Shown: positions 8,944 through 19,040, counted from the stretch's first letter. The stretch: 64,000 bases of DNA from an uncultured delta proteobacterium (GCA_963776345.1 CAVZMH010000015.1:384001-448000), one strand, 5' to 3'. Program-made: numbers and translations. The notes: generated from the sequence alone by a model not told the origin.

Positions 8944-11090
8944 ATGCCCATCCGCCACCTTCCCCCGCTCCTGCTCGCGCTCGGCGTCGCCTGCGCCTCG
9001 ACGGAGCCGCGTCCGACGCCGCCAGCCCCGGCGCCCGATGCGGGAGCCACGCCCGCCCGGGCCGCCGCGGCTCCGACGCCAGGGTGCACGGCATCGACGT
9101 CGCGGGCATGGATCCGCTCGGTCGCCCCCGGCGACGACTTCTTCCTCTATGCCAACGGGACCTGGGTGAAGGACACCGAGATCCCCGCCGACCGGCCGCT
9201 GGGGAACGTTCAACATCCTCGCCGAGCAGTCGCGCCAGCGGACCCGCGAGCTGCTGGAGGCGGCCGCCAGCGGGAGCGCGCCCGCCGGCTCCGAGGAGCG
9301 CAAGGTCGGCGACTTCTACGCGAGCGTACCTGGACGAGGCCAGCGTCGAGGCCGGGGCATGGAGCCGCTCCGTCCGCAGCTCGCCGCCATCGCCGCGCTC
9401 CGGGACAAGACCGCGCTCGCCCGCGCGCTGGGGCAGGACCTGCGGACCGACGTGGACGCGCTGAACAACGCGGTACTTCCACACCGAGCCGGCTGTTCGG
9501 CTTCTGGGTCGCTCCCGACATGAACCCCCCACGGTCAACGGGGGCTACCTGTTCCAGGGCGGCCTGGGGATGCCCGACCGCGAGTACTACCTCTCCACCA
9601 ACCCCAAGATGGCCGCCATCCGCGACCGCTACCGGGCGCACATCGCGAAGGTCTTCGCCTGGCCGGCATCCCCGGCGGCGAGGAGCAGGCCCGGCGGATC
9701 TTCGATCTCGAGACGCGGATGGCGCGCGTGCACGGCACCCGCGCCGAGGCGCTCGAGGTTCGCCAGGCTTACAACCCGTGGAAGCGGACGAGTTCGGCAA
9801 GCGCGCGCCCGGGCCTCGACTGGGCGGCGTTCTTCCAGGGCGCCACCCTGCAGCAGCAGCCGATCATCGTCGTCTGGCAACCGACGGCCATCACCGGGCT
9901 GGCCGCCCTGGTGAAGCGGTGCCGCTCGCCACCTGGAAGGAGTGGCTGACCTTCCAACCGGTGGAGCGCTCAGGCTCGCCGCTCCTCTCGCGGGCCTTCG
10001 TGGACGAGAGCTTCGATTTCTACGGCAAGACCCTCAGCGGGACGCCCCAGCTGAGCGCGCGCTGGAAGCGCGCGTCGAGGCGGCAGCGAGCTCCGCCACC
10101 AGGCGGGCCCGCGAGGCTCGGGCATGGGCGACGCGGTGGGCAAGCTCTACGTCGCGCGCCACTTTCCGCCCTCGGCCAAGGCGAAGATGCAGGAGATGGT
10201 CCGAGCAGCATCATCGCCGCCTTCGACCGCCGAATCGAGGCGCTCGACTGGATGGCGCCGGCGACCAAGGCCCAGGCGCGGGAGAAGGTCCGCACCCTCT
10301 ACGTGGGCGTCGGCTACCCCGAGCGCTGGCAGGACGACTCGGGGCTCGAGGTGATCCCGGGGAGACCTGCTGGGCAACGTGCAGCGCGCCTCGCCTCTTC
10401 GACTACCGCCGCGACCTGGCGAAGCTGGGCAAGCCGGTCGACACGAGGGACTGGTGCATGAGCCCTCAGACGGTCAACGCGGTGAACCTGCCGCTGCAGA
10501 ACGCGCTCAACTTCCCCGCCGCCATCCTCGAGCCGCCATTCTTCGACCCGGCGGCGCCCGCCGCGTCCAACTACGGCGCGATCGGCACCGTCATCGGACA
10601 CGAGATCAGCCACAGCTTCGACGATCAGGGGGCGATGTTCGACGCGCAGGGGCGACTGCGGAACTGGTGGACCCCAGCCGACTTCGCGCAGTTCGAGGAG
10701 TCCGGCGGACGGCTGGTCACGCAGTACGACGAGTACCAGCCGTTCCCGGACATGCACGTCAACGGCAAGCAGACGCTGAGCGAGAACATCGCCGACGTCG
10801 CGGGAATCGCCGCCGCGCACGACGGCTGGCGGCGTCGCTCCAGGGGCAAGGAGCCCCCCGCGCTCTCCGGCTTCAGCGGCGAGCAGCAGTTCTTCCTGGC
10901 CTACGCCCAGAACTGGCGGAGCAAGATCCGCGAGCCCATGGCCCGGCAGCGGCTCGTCACCGACGGGCACGCGCCCGATCACTACCGGGCGGCAACGGTG
11001 CGGAACGTCGACGCCTGGTATTCCGCCTTCGCCGTGAAGCCAGGCCAGCAGCTGTACCTGTCGCCCGAGCAGCGGGTGCGCGTCTGGTGA
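8944..11090 (+). pseudogene. M13-family (neprilysin/PepO-like) metallopeptidase lipoprotein with many frameshifts (pseudogene or sequencing error)
   Basis: Lipobox LGVAC; VAPGDDFFLYANGTW, QGGLGMPDREYY, VGYPERW, VNAVN, GHEISHSFDDQG and ENIADVAG are spread across all three frames. Confidence 0.85.
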
Positions 11091-11119
11091 CGGCCGGGCC
11101 CGGGGTAGCCTCCCGGGCC

Positions 11120-11998
11120 ATGGCGTACGTCTCCCGGCTCCTCGTCTACCCGGTGAAGGGGTGCCGGGGCGTCCCCGTCGCCTCGGCGGTGCCCGACGAC
11201 CGGGGGCTCGCCGGCGACCGGCGGTGGATGGTGGTGGACGAGGCGGGTCGCTTCCTCTCCCAGCGCACCGAGCCGCGCCTGGCGCTGGTGCGGGCGCGGC
11301 TCGAGACGAGCGGCCTGGTTCTCGAGGCGCCCGGGATGCCCGCGCTCGAGCTGCCCGGCCAGGCGGAGGGACCGCTCGGACCGGTGGTGGTGTGGAACGA
11401 CGCGGGGCAGGCGCGCGACGGCGGGGCTCCGGCGAGCCGCTGGCTCTCCGAGCACCTCGGGCGGGCGGCGCGCCTGGTCCAGCTGGACGAGACCTTCGAG
11501 CGCGTCGCCTCGGCCGAGTTCGCGCCCGGCGCCCGGCTGGCCTTCAGCGACGCCTTCCCGGTGCTGGTCATCGGCGAGGCCTCGCTTGCCGAGCTGAACC
11601 GTCGGCTCGACCGGCCGGTCCCCATGGACCGCTTCCGCCCCAACGTCGTCGTCTCCGGCGGCGAGCCCTTCGCCGAGGACGGCTGGCGACGCGTCCGGGT
11701 GGGGGAGGCGGTGCTCCGGCTGGTGAAGCCCTGCACCCGGTGCGTGGCGACCACCGTGGATCAGGAGACCGCCGAGACGCGACCCGAGCCGCTGCGCACG
11801 CTCGCCACCTTCCGGCGCTGGAACGGCGGCGTCATCTTCGGCCAGAACGCGATGGTCGAGCGGCCCGGCCCGATGCAGGTCGGTGACGCGGTGGAGGTGC
11901 TGGAGGCAGGCGAGCCCGCCGTTCCCCTGGCGCCGCTCAGCCCTTCCGGCCCAGCCGGGCCAGCACCTCCGCCAGACGCTCGCGGGCCGGCGCGCTGA
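11120..11998 (+). CDS. MOSC domain protein (mARC/YcbX-like)
   Basis: YPVKGC, DRRWMVVD, RFRPNVVV and KPCTRC motifs. Confidence 0.92.
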   Translation: MAYVSRLLVYPVKGCRGVPVASAVPDDRGLAGDRRWMVVDEAGRFLSQRTEPRLALVRARLETSGLVLEAPGMPALELPGQAEGPLGPVVVWNDAGQARDGGAPASRWLSEHLGRAARLVQLDETFERVASAEFAPGARLAFSDAFPVLVIGEASLAELNRRLDRPVPMDRFRPNVVVSGGEPFAEDGWRRVRVGEAVLRLVKPCTRCVATTVDQETAETRPEPLRTLATFRRWNGGVIFGQNAMVERPGPMQVGDAVEVLEAGEPAVPLAPLSPSGPAGPAPPPDARGPAR

Positions 11999-12689
11999 AC
12001 GCCGTCTCCACCCAGCTGCGGGCGTCCTCCCGCTCGGCCCGGCGCACCGCCGCGACCACCGGACCCCGGAGCGCGTCCTTGATCTGCCGGAACGCCGGCC
12101 CGGGAAGGGAGGCCAGCGCCACCGCGCGCGCCCGCGCGGCCTCGAGGAGGCCCTCGGGCGGAACGACCGCCTCCACCAGGCCGAGCGCCCGCGCCTCCTG
12201 CGGGGCGAGGAGCCGCCCCTCCAGCGCCACCGGTCCGAGGGAATGAGGAGGGACCTGGCAGCGCAGCGTCTCCAGGACCACCGCCGGCAGCCCGAGACCG
12301 ATCTGCACCTCGTTGAGCCCGATGCGGAAGTCCCCGGCCGCGGCGAGGCGGACGTCGGCCTGGAGCGCGAGCACGCACCCCCCGGCGATGGCGTGCCCGT
12401 TGATCGCCGCCACCACCGGGAGCGGCAGGGCGAACACCCGCAGCATCACCTCGGAGAAGCGCCGGATGAACCTCTCCATCCCCGCGCGATCGAGCGCGGC
12501 CAGCTCCGGGAGGTCGAGCCCGGCGGAGAACGCCCTCCCCTCGCCGGTCAACACCAGGGCCCTGGCGCCCGAGGTCTCGACGGCGTCGAGCTGGGTGGAG
12601 AGCCGGTCCAGGAACGCCGCTCCGATGGCGTTCGCCTTCCCGGCCCGCATCCGCAGGACGGCCACCTCACCCGAAGTCTCGATCTCCAT
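11937..12689 (-). CDS. Enoyl-CoA hydratase/isomerase family protein
   Basis: FSAGLDL, AAINGHAIAGGCVLA, IGLNEVQIG. Confidence 0.9.
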   Translation of the reverse strand: MEIETSGEVAVLRMRAGKANAIGAAFLDRLSTQLDAVETSGARALVLTGEGRAFSAGLDLPELAALDRAGMERFIRRFSEVMLRVFALPLPVVAAINGHAIAGGCVLALQADVRLAAAGDFRIGLNEVQIGLGLPAVVLETLRCQVPPHSLGPVALEGRLLAPQEARALGLVEAVVPPEGLLEAARARAVALASLPGPAFRQIKDALRGPVVAAVRRAEREDARSWVETAFSAPARERLAEVLARLGRKG

Positions 12690-12700
12690 CGTGCCGCCGA

Positions 12701-13468
12701 CTACATCGTGAGGCCGCCGTCCACGTCCACGGTGCGCCCGTTGAAGTAGTCGCACTCGATGCAGAACCGCACCGCCTGCCAGATGTCCTCTGGCTCGCCG
12801 ATCCGCCCCACCGGAATGGCCGAGACCAGGGCCTCGCGGGCCCGGGCGTTCATCCCCCGGGTCATGGGGGTGTCGATCATCCCCGGCGCCACCGCCGTCA
12901 CCCGGATCCCGAACGCCGCGAACTCGCGCGCCCAGGTGACGGTGTTGGCGGCCAGGGCGGCCTTGGCCGCGACGTAGTTCGACTGCCCGCGGTTCCCGTG
13001 GCGGGCGATGCTCGACATGTTGACCACCACGCCGGACCGGGTGCCGGTCTCGACCATCTTCCGGACCGCCTCGCGGACCAGGAGGGTGGCCCCGGTGAGG
13101 TTCACCGCCAGCACCGCGTCCCAGTGCTCGCGCGAGAGCACCGTCACCTCGCCGGTGTGGCGGTCCTTCTTCACCAGGAGGCCGTCGCGCAGGATGCCGG
13201 CGTTGTTCACCACCGCGTTCAGCCCGCCCATCGCTCCGTGGGCCCACTCGACGAACGCGCGCACCTCGGACTCCTGCGACACGTCGAGCGGCCGGGCGTG
13301 GAGCTTGCCGCTGTTCCCGCGGGCGAGCTCCAGCGTGTCGGCGAGCCCCTGGGGGTTCACGTCGCCGATGGCGACCTGGGCGCCGGCCTGGCACAGCCGG
13401 AGCGCGAAGTGGCGCCCCAGACCCTGTGCCGCGCCCGAGATGATGCACTTCACCGATGCGAGGTTCAT
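12701..13468 (-). CDS. SDR oxidoreductase (FabG-like)
   Basis: SGAAQGLG, NNAGILRDG, YVAAK catalytic motif. Confidence 0.92.
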   Translation of the reverse strand: MNLASVKCIISGAAQGLGRHFALRLCQAGAQVAIGDVNPQGLADTLELARGNSGKLHARPLDVSQESEVRAFVEWAHGAMGGLNAVVNNAGILRDGLLVKKDRHTGEVTVLSREHWDAVLAVNLTGATLLVREAVRKMVETGTRSGVVVNMSSIARHGNRGQSNYVAAKAALAANTVTWAREFAAFGIRVTAVAPGMIDTPMTRGMNARAREALVSAIPVGRIGEPEDIWQAVRFCIECDYFNGRTVDVDGGLTM

Positions 13469-13670
13469 GACACCCGAACTCCCCTCCTGACCCGGGACCC
13501 GAGACCTCCGGCGGGCGCGGGAAAGAGCACGCGCGGCCCGGGGCTCCGCCGGCGCGGACTGTATGGCCTTGCGCGGGGCGGGGACAGACGATTCGCAGTC
13601 CGCCCCCGGAAACGGTCCCCCCCGACCCACCTCGTCGCGGCGCGACGCAGCTGACCTAGAGTCCCGGGGC

Positions 13671-14290
13671 ATGCGCCGGCTCATGTTCGTGGCCTTCGCG
13701 GTGCTGGCGGCCGGGGGGGCCTGGTGGCTACGGAGACAGGGAACCGCGTCGTCGTTCGGCGCCTACACCGGCGCCCAGCTCGACACCCTCGAGGCCGCGT
13801 ACCGCGCGGCGATGCACGCCCCGCCCGCGCCGCCGACGAGCACCCTCGCCCGCAGCGACGCCGCGATGGATGCCGAGATCTCGCTCGGGTTCCTGGAGGC
13901 GGAGCGACACCGGCGCAAGGCGCTCCTCGGCGCGATCTCCGTCGCGCTCCTGGGCGTGCTCGGCGCCCTCCTCCCCAGGCGCGGCGGCTCGAGCGGCGCG
14001 CGGAGCGAGGACCGGCGGCTGGCGCGGGCCATGGGAGATCCGGCCGCCCTGCTCGAGGGCGAGCGACACAAGGCGGCGAAGCTGCTCGGCGTGACCGTCG
14101 AGGCGCCACCGGCGGTGGTGGACGCCGCGCTGGCCGCGCAGCTCGCGGCCCGGGACCTGGGCCGGCTGGACGGGCTCGCGCCGGACCTCCGGCGCATGGT
14201 GCTCGAGCAGCGCCAGGCGCTCCAGCGGGCGCGCGATCTCCTGGTGAGAGGCGCCGCCCGGGCCACGCCCGGCACCACGCCCGGCAGTGA
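13671..14290 (+). CDS. Membrane protein with C-terminal J-like domain lacking HPD; 3' end inferred (probable frameshift near 14281)
   Basis: N-terminal hydrophobic segment, a second TM, then AAKLLGVTVEAPPAVVDAA...RDLGRLDGLAPDLRRMVLEQRQALQRARDLL. The read frame runs on antisense to the kinase; a TGA lies at 14288-14290 in the adjacent frame. Confidence 0.55.
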
Positions 14291-14318
14291 GCCCGGGAGG
14301 CGGGCTCGCCGCCGCAGG

Positions 14319-15644
14319 CTACGGGGAGACCCCGCCCGGCGCTCCACGGACGAGCGGTCCCGGCGCGCCGTCCAGCACCGGCTCCGACCCCGCGACGCTC
14401 CTCGGCAGCCGGATGGAGACGCGCGTCCCCACCTCCAGCTCGGAGGAGAGCCGCACCGAGCCGCCCATCGCCCGGACGTAGCTGTCGACGATCGCCAGCC
14501 CGAGCCCGTGGCCCGTCCCGTCCGGGGCGGCGCGAAAGAACGGCTCGAGGGCCCGCCGGACGGCGCTCGCCGGCATCCCCGTCCCGTTGTCGGCGACGTC
14601 GATCGTCACCCACGCCGGCTCGACCCGGGTGGAGACCTCCAGCCGGCAGCTGCGCTGCGGGGCCCGGTACTTGAGGGCGTTCCCGATGACGTTGCGCAGG
14701 ATCTGCCCGAGCACCTCGGGGGCACAGGCCACCGCCACCTCTGCGACGTCGAGGTGAAGCTCGGCCCCCTGGCTGGCGGTGGCCAGCTCGTCGAGCGCCT
14801 CGTTCACCGCGCCTCGCACCTCGGTCCGCCCGCGCGGGAGCCGGCCCGACCGGGAGAAGGCGAGCATCGCGTCGATGATCGCCGACATCCGCGAGGCCGC
14901 GCCGACGATGCGGCCCGCGAGCCGGACGTCGGTCTCGTCCCTGGCCGCGCGGACGATCAGACTCGCCAGGCCGTGAATCGGCGCCAGCGGGCTGCGGAGA
15001 TCGTGCGCCGCCCGGGCGGCGAACGCCTCCAGCTCGCGGTTCTTGGACTCGACCACCTCCAGGCTCCGCGCCGCCGCCTCCCGCTCCCGGGCCATCGACC
15101 GGAGCCGGGAGGCCGCCACCTGCACCACGACCAGGAGCACCAGCCCACCGCCGAGCACGTCGACCAGGATCTGCCGGTGCCCGAGGACCAGGAGCCTGGT
15201 CCCGATGGCCTCGGCCTCGGTCCGGTTGAGCGCGATGAGCCGGTTCACCGACTCGACCGCGCTGCTCGCGTCCCGGGCCATCGCGGCGCGGTCGCCCCGT
15301 GCCACGTCCCGGGAGAGCTCGTGGGTGAGACCGGAGAGCGTCAGCCATTCCGGGCGCTCGCCCTCGAACGTCGCCAGCGGCTCGTAGATCCGCACGTCGC
15401 GGACCAGCCATTCCAGCGCCTGATGCCCGGTGGGACCTTCCGGGCTGCCAGACGCCAGCCGGGAGAGCTGCCAGCGCATGTCGTCAGCCACCTCCACCGA
15501 GCGCAGCGCGTTGGTAGACAGCGCCTCGGCGCCGCGGGAGGTGGCCCCGGCCACCCAGGCGTCCACCCCGGCGACGAGGAGGACCGTCCCGGCCACCACC
15601 GCGACGGATACGATGCCTCGCCTCGGCCTCTGGACCTCCGACAT
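14319..15644 (-). CDS. Membrane-bound sensor histidine kinase (orphan)
   Basis: Two TMs, H-box AAHDLRSPL, N-box NVIGNALKY, DNGTG, EPFFR, GHGLGLAI. Confidence 0.9.
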   Translation of the reverse strand: MSEVQRPRRGIVSVAVVAGTVLLVAGVDAWVAGATSRGAEALSTNALRSVEVADDMRWQLSRLASGSPEGPTGHQALEWLVRDVRIYEPLATFEGERPEWLTLSGLTHELSRDVARGDRAAMARDASSAVESVNRLIALNRTEAEAIGTRLLVLGHRQILVDVLGGGLVLLVVVQVAASRLRSMAREREAAARSLEVVESKNRELEAFAARAAHDLRSPLAPIHGLASLIVRAARDETDVRLAGRIVGAASRMSAIIDAMLAFSRSGRLPRGRTEVRGAVNEALDELATASQGAELHLDVAEVAVACAPEVLGQILRNVIGNALKYRAPQRSCRLEVSTRVEPAWVTIDVADNGTGMPASAVRRALEPFFRAAPDGTGHGLGLAIVDSYVRAMGGSVRLSSELEVGTRVSIRLPRSVAGSEPVLDGAPGPLVRGAPGGVSP

Positions 15645-15832
15645 CGCGACGTCTCCGCAAGGCCCCCCGGTCTCGCCGGCGCGGACGGTAGCACCGGGGT
15701 CCAGGGTGTCCGTCGGCCTTCGGAGCACGACCCTCTGCGGTTCGTCGGAAACCCGATGGAGCGCGGGCTCACGCAACCGCATGACGGCTCGGGTCCACCG
15801 CGGATGCCTCGGCGGCTACACTCCCGGGCTCG

Positions 15833-17104
15833 ATGCGAGTCTCCCGCGTTGCGCTCGCGCTCCTGATCGCCCTCCTCCAGAGGCCCGCGCTGGCGAGCGA
15901 CGACGAGGACCTGCTCCGCGAGGCCGAGCGGATGTCCCGGATGCAGTCCGGCGCCGCGGCCTCACCCGAGGAGCTGCGGGCGCTGGTCGCCGAGCTGCTC
16001 CCCCGCGTGGGCAAGGTGATGCGGCTCCCGGTCCCCTCCCGGGTCGAGGTGAAGGTCGTGTCGCGCGACGAGGCCCGGGCCGCGCTGCTCGCGGTGCTGC
16101 GCCGCGACTACCCGGGCGACACGCTCGAGCGTCTCTCGGAGTCCCTGGCGGCGGTGGGTCTGGTCGCCGCCGGGACGGACCTGCGCTCAGAGGCCCGGTC
16201 GCTGTACGGCAGCAACGTCTCCGGCTTCTACGACCCGCACCAGCGGCGCCTCTACCTCCTCGCGGACCAGCCCCTGGCGGCGCAGGCGCTGGTCGTCGCG
16301 CACGAGCTGGCGCACGCAGTCCAGGACGAGGCCGTCCGCCTCGACGCAGCCTCGCAGAAGGTGCGGGCCTCCGAGGACGCCCAGCTCGCGCTCTCCGCCG
16401 CCATCGAGGGGCAGGCGCAGCGGGTGGCCGCGCTGGTGCTCGCCGGCGAGGCCGGAGGGACGGGCGAGGACGGGCTCGATCTGGGAGGCTTCCTCACCGA
16501 GGCGGCCGCGGCCAGCGCGGAGATGGCCGGGGGACAGTCGTCCGTGCCGTGGCTGGGGATGCAGCTCTCCTTCCCCTACGCCGCCGGGGCGAAGCTGGTG
16601 GCCGCCGTGCAAACCGCGAACGACCCCGCTGCGACGTCGCTCCTGCGCCGGCTGCCCCGGTCCACCGCGCAGGTGCTGGATCCGGCGCTCTACCGAGCGG
16701 ACGAGCGGCCCCGGGAGGCGCGTCTCGACCTCGCCACCCGGCTCCCCGGGAGCTCGGCCGTCCACGCCACCACGCTCGGCGCCGCGAACCTCGACCTCTT
16801 CGGCGAGCTGCACGGGGGCGGAGAGCTCGGCCGCGGCTGGCGAGGCGACCGCCTGGAGACGGTCCGCCGGGACGGCCAGCTCTGCGCCGTGTGGGCGGTG
16901 GCCTTCGGTTCCCCCGAGGGAGCGGACCGGCTGGTGAAGGCCTGGAGCGCGGCGCTCGGGGGAGGCGTCGGCGGGCCGGCGACCCAGCCGGACGGCTCGC
17001 GGTACCTCGTGAGGCAGGGTGGCGCCGTGGCGGTGCTGCTGGAGAACGTGCCGGCGGACCGCGTCGCCGAGCTGGTCTCGGCCGCGGCCACCGCGTTCAG
17101 GTGA
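15833..17104 (+). CDS. Secreted putative zincin-like metalloprotein
   Basis: Signal peptide; GFYDP, VAHELAHAVQD (HExxH), downstream IEGQA, FPYAAG, PRSTAQVLDP. Confidence 0.65.
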   Translation: MRVSRVALALLIALLQRPALASDDEDLLREAERMSRMQSGAAASPEELRALVAELLPRVGKVMRLPVPSRVEVKVVSRDEARAALLAVLRRDYPGDTLERLSESLAAVGLVAAGTDLRSEARSLYGSNVSGFYDPHQRRLYLLADQPLAAQALVVAHELAHAVQDEAVRLDAASQKVRASEDAQLALSAAIEGQAQRVAALVLAGEAGGTGEDGLDLGGFLTEAAAASAEMAGGQSSVPWLGMQLSFPYAAGAKLVAAVQTANDPAATSLLRRLPRSTAQVLDPALYRADERPREARLDLATRLPGSSAVHATTLGAANLDLFGELHGGGELGRGWRGDRLETVRRDGQLCAVWAVAFGSPEGADRLVKAWSAALGGGVGGPATQPDGSRYLVRQGGAVAVLLENVPADRVAELVSAAATAFR

Positions 17105-17112
17105 CGCCCAGG

Positions 17113-17493
17113 CTACTTGCCGGACTTCGCGGGCGCCGCGAGCCCGCGGATGTACGCCACCACCGACTTCACTTCCGCGGACGACAGCTTGGCCGCCGGC
17201 ATGTCCTTGGACAGTCCCTTGGCGGGACCGCCGCCGGTGATGACCGCCGTCAGGAACTCGTCGGTGCGCTTGGAGAGGGCGGCCTTGTCCGAGAAGTCCG
17301 CCGGCTTGGTGGTGTAGTACGCCGCGTCCTCCCCGTCGCCCTTCCCGGTGACGCCGTGGCAGCTCACGCAGTCGCGCTCGTAGATGGCCTTGCCCGCGGC
17401 GGCGTCGGGCTTCGCCGGCGCCGCAGCCAGCGACGCGACGGAGCCCAGGACCACCGCCGCTCCGGCAGCCCGCATCCAGTTCCGGACGTGCAT
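17113..17493 (-). CDS. Periplasmic monoheme cytochrome c
   Basis: Signal peptide, GKAIYERDCVSCHG (CxxCH), distal Met in KDMPA; GAGGAGG RBS. Confidence 0.9.
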   Translation of the reverse strand: MHVRNWMRAAGAAVVLGSVASLAAAPAKPDAAAGKAIYERDCVSCHGVTGKGDGEDAAYYTTKPADFSDKAALSKRTDEFLTAVITGGGPAKGLSKDMPAAKLSSAEVKSVVAYIRGLAAPAKSGK

Positions 17494-17576
17494 GCGATTC
17501 CCTCCTCGTGGGTCCGGGGGGCAGGCCCCGCCCCGGACCGTCAAAGGCCGGCGAGCCTAGCCTGCCCCGGCCGCCG

Positions 17577-17987
17577 CTACGGCCTCGACGTGGGCTTCCC
17601 CGCGTCTTTCCAGCCCTTCAGCCCGGAGGCGAGCACGCTCACCCGGGTGTAGCCCGCCTCGACCGCCCGACCGGCGGCCGTGTGCGAGGACGTTCAAAGC
17701 TTGTTGGAGCAGTAGAAGACGAGCGGCGCGTTCCTGTCCGGAGGCAGCTCCTTCTTCACGTCGTAGTCATCGAACGAGCTCAGGAGCTTCGCCCCGGGGA
17801 TGACGCCGTTCTTCTCGCGGAACTCCGCGTCGTTGGCGTCCAGCACCGTCGCCGGGCTCCGCGGGTCCTTCTGCATCGACGCGAGCTCGGGCACCTCGAT
17901 GAAGCGGAACTTCTCCTTGGGCTCCGCGGCGAGGGCCAGGCCCGAGGCGAGCACCAGTTGGAGGGCGAGAATGGGGGAGCGCGTCAT
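17577..17987 (-). CDS. Secreted rhodanese-like protein, probable selenoprotein (UGA at 17694-17696 read as Sec); 136 aa
   Basis: Signal peptide; VLDAN...GVIPGA...LVFYCSNKL-UGA-TSSHTAAGRAVEAGYTRVSVLASGLKGWKDAGKP-TSRP-TAG. The rhodanese fold is completed only by reading through the UGA. Confidence 0.8.
17657..17693 (-). promoter_or_regulatory. Putative bacterial SECIS hairpin
   Basis: Directly 3' of the UGA: CCUC/GAGG lower stem, bulge, GGCCGCC/GGCGGUC upper stem, and a G-initiated loop GGUCG after a 21-nt spacer from the UGA. Confidence 0.65.
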
Positions 17988-18062
17988 GGTCGGCGCTCCT
18001 GCTAGCCGGTCCTCCCCCCGGCCGGCAAGCCGGTTCCCTGCACCCCACCCGCACTCGGCGCT

Positions 18063-18239
18063 TCAGCCGACGTGGTGGATGGTGGGAGCGGCGGCCGAGG
18101 CGAAGACGCCCGCGGTCACGAAGTTCCGGACGATGGCGCCCGAGCCGCCGAGCCCGACCACGGCGAAGATGGCGCCGGCGAGGATGAGCCCGAGCGAGTG
18201 GCTGTGGCGGGTGGCGGAGAAGAGGGTGTCGCGGGTCAT
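18063..18239 (-). CDS. Small (58 aa) single-TM protein
   Basis: GGAG RBS, ATG, hydrophobic core LGLILAGAIFAVVGLGG; GC-rich third positions. Confidence 0.55.
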   Translation of the reverse strand: MTRDTLFSATRHSHSLGLILAGAIFAVVGLGGSGAIVRNFVTAGVFASAAAPTIHHVG

Positions 18240-18276
18240 GGGAGGCTCCGGTTGCGGCGAGTTGCCAGGCTTCCAT

Positions 18277-18292
18277 TGCACGGCCTCTGCCA
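18277..18292 (-). promoter_or_regulatory. Putative sigma-54 promoter
   Basis: TGGCAGAGGCCGTGCA (GG-N10-GC), 37 nt upstream of ATG 18239. Confidence 0.5.
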
Positions 18293-18478
18293 GGCTGAAT
18301 CCCAGCAGTCTCCACGACTTGAGAAACCCGGCCGTCGCGCCCGGAGCTACGGGGCCCGGCACCTGTTGCGGCGGCCGTCTCAGCTCCGGCGTGGGCGAGG
18401 GTCGGACCTCGCCTCCCCCCGACCTCCGGCAGCCGCCGGTTGGCGACAACGAACGAGCCGCCCAGAATGCCTCCCCCG

Positions 18479-18973
18479 ATGACCCGCCGCCCTCCCTTCA
18501 TCGTCTCGTCCGCCGACGTCGCCGAGCGGATCCACCGCTACCCGAACAGCACCGAGGACATGGCGCCCTCGAGACCGATTGGCCGCACCGCCGGGCTTCT
18601 CCGGATCGGCATCCACCTCGTCCGGGTTCCTCCCGGCGCGCGCACCTCGTTCCCCCACGCCGAGTCGGCCGAGGAGGAGTTCGTGTACGTCGTCGAGGGG
18701 GAGATCGACGCCTGGATCGACGGCGAGCTCCACCGGATGAGGGCCGGGGACCTCGCCGCCTTTCCCGCCGGCACCGGCATCTGCCACACGTTCATCAACG
18801 ACGGTGACCGGGATGCGCTGCTCCTCTCGGGCGGAGAGGCGGACAAGGCCGACAACCAGATCCACTACCCGCTCAACCCCGGGCGCCGGGACGACCTCCC
18901 CTGGAGCCGCTGGTGGGACGACGTTCCCAGGCGCCCGCAAGGGCCGCACGACGGGAAGCCCCGCCGGCGCTGA
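18479..18973 (+). CDS. Cupin domain protein
   Basis: PPGARTSFPHAESAEEEFVYVVEG...GDLAAFPAGTGICHTFIN cupin motifs. Confidence 0.88.
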   Translation: MTRRPPFIVSSADVAERIHRYPNSTEDMAPSRPIGRTAGLLRIGIHLVRVPPGARTSFPHAESAEEEFVYVVEGEIDAWIDGELHRMRAGDLAAFPAGTGICHTFINDGDRDALLLSGGEADKADNQIHYPLNPGRRDDLPWSRWWDDVPRRPQGPHDGKPRRR

Positions 18974-19012
18974 GCCAACGTCTAAGGCCGAACTCCCTGC
19001 GCGGGTTCGTCC

Positions 19013-19040
19013 TCGAAGACCGGGGTTGTTCTTCCTTGGA
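19013..19040 (+). repeat. 28-bp direct repeat, copy 1
   Basis: TCGAAGACCGGGGTTGTTCTTCCTTGGA; 27/28 identical to 25152-25179. Confidence 0.9.
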
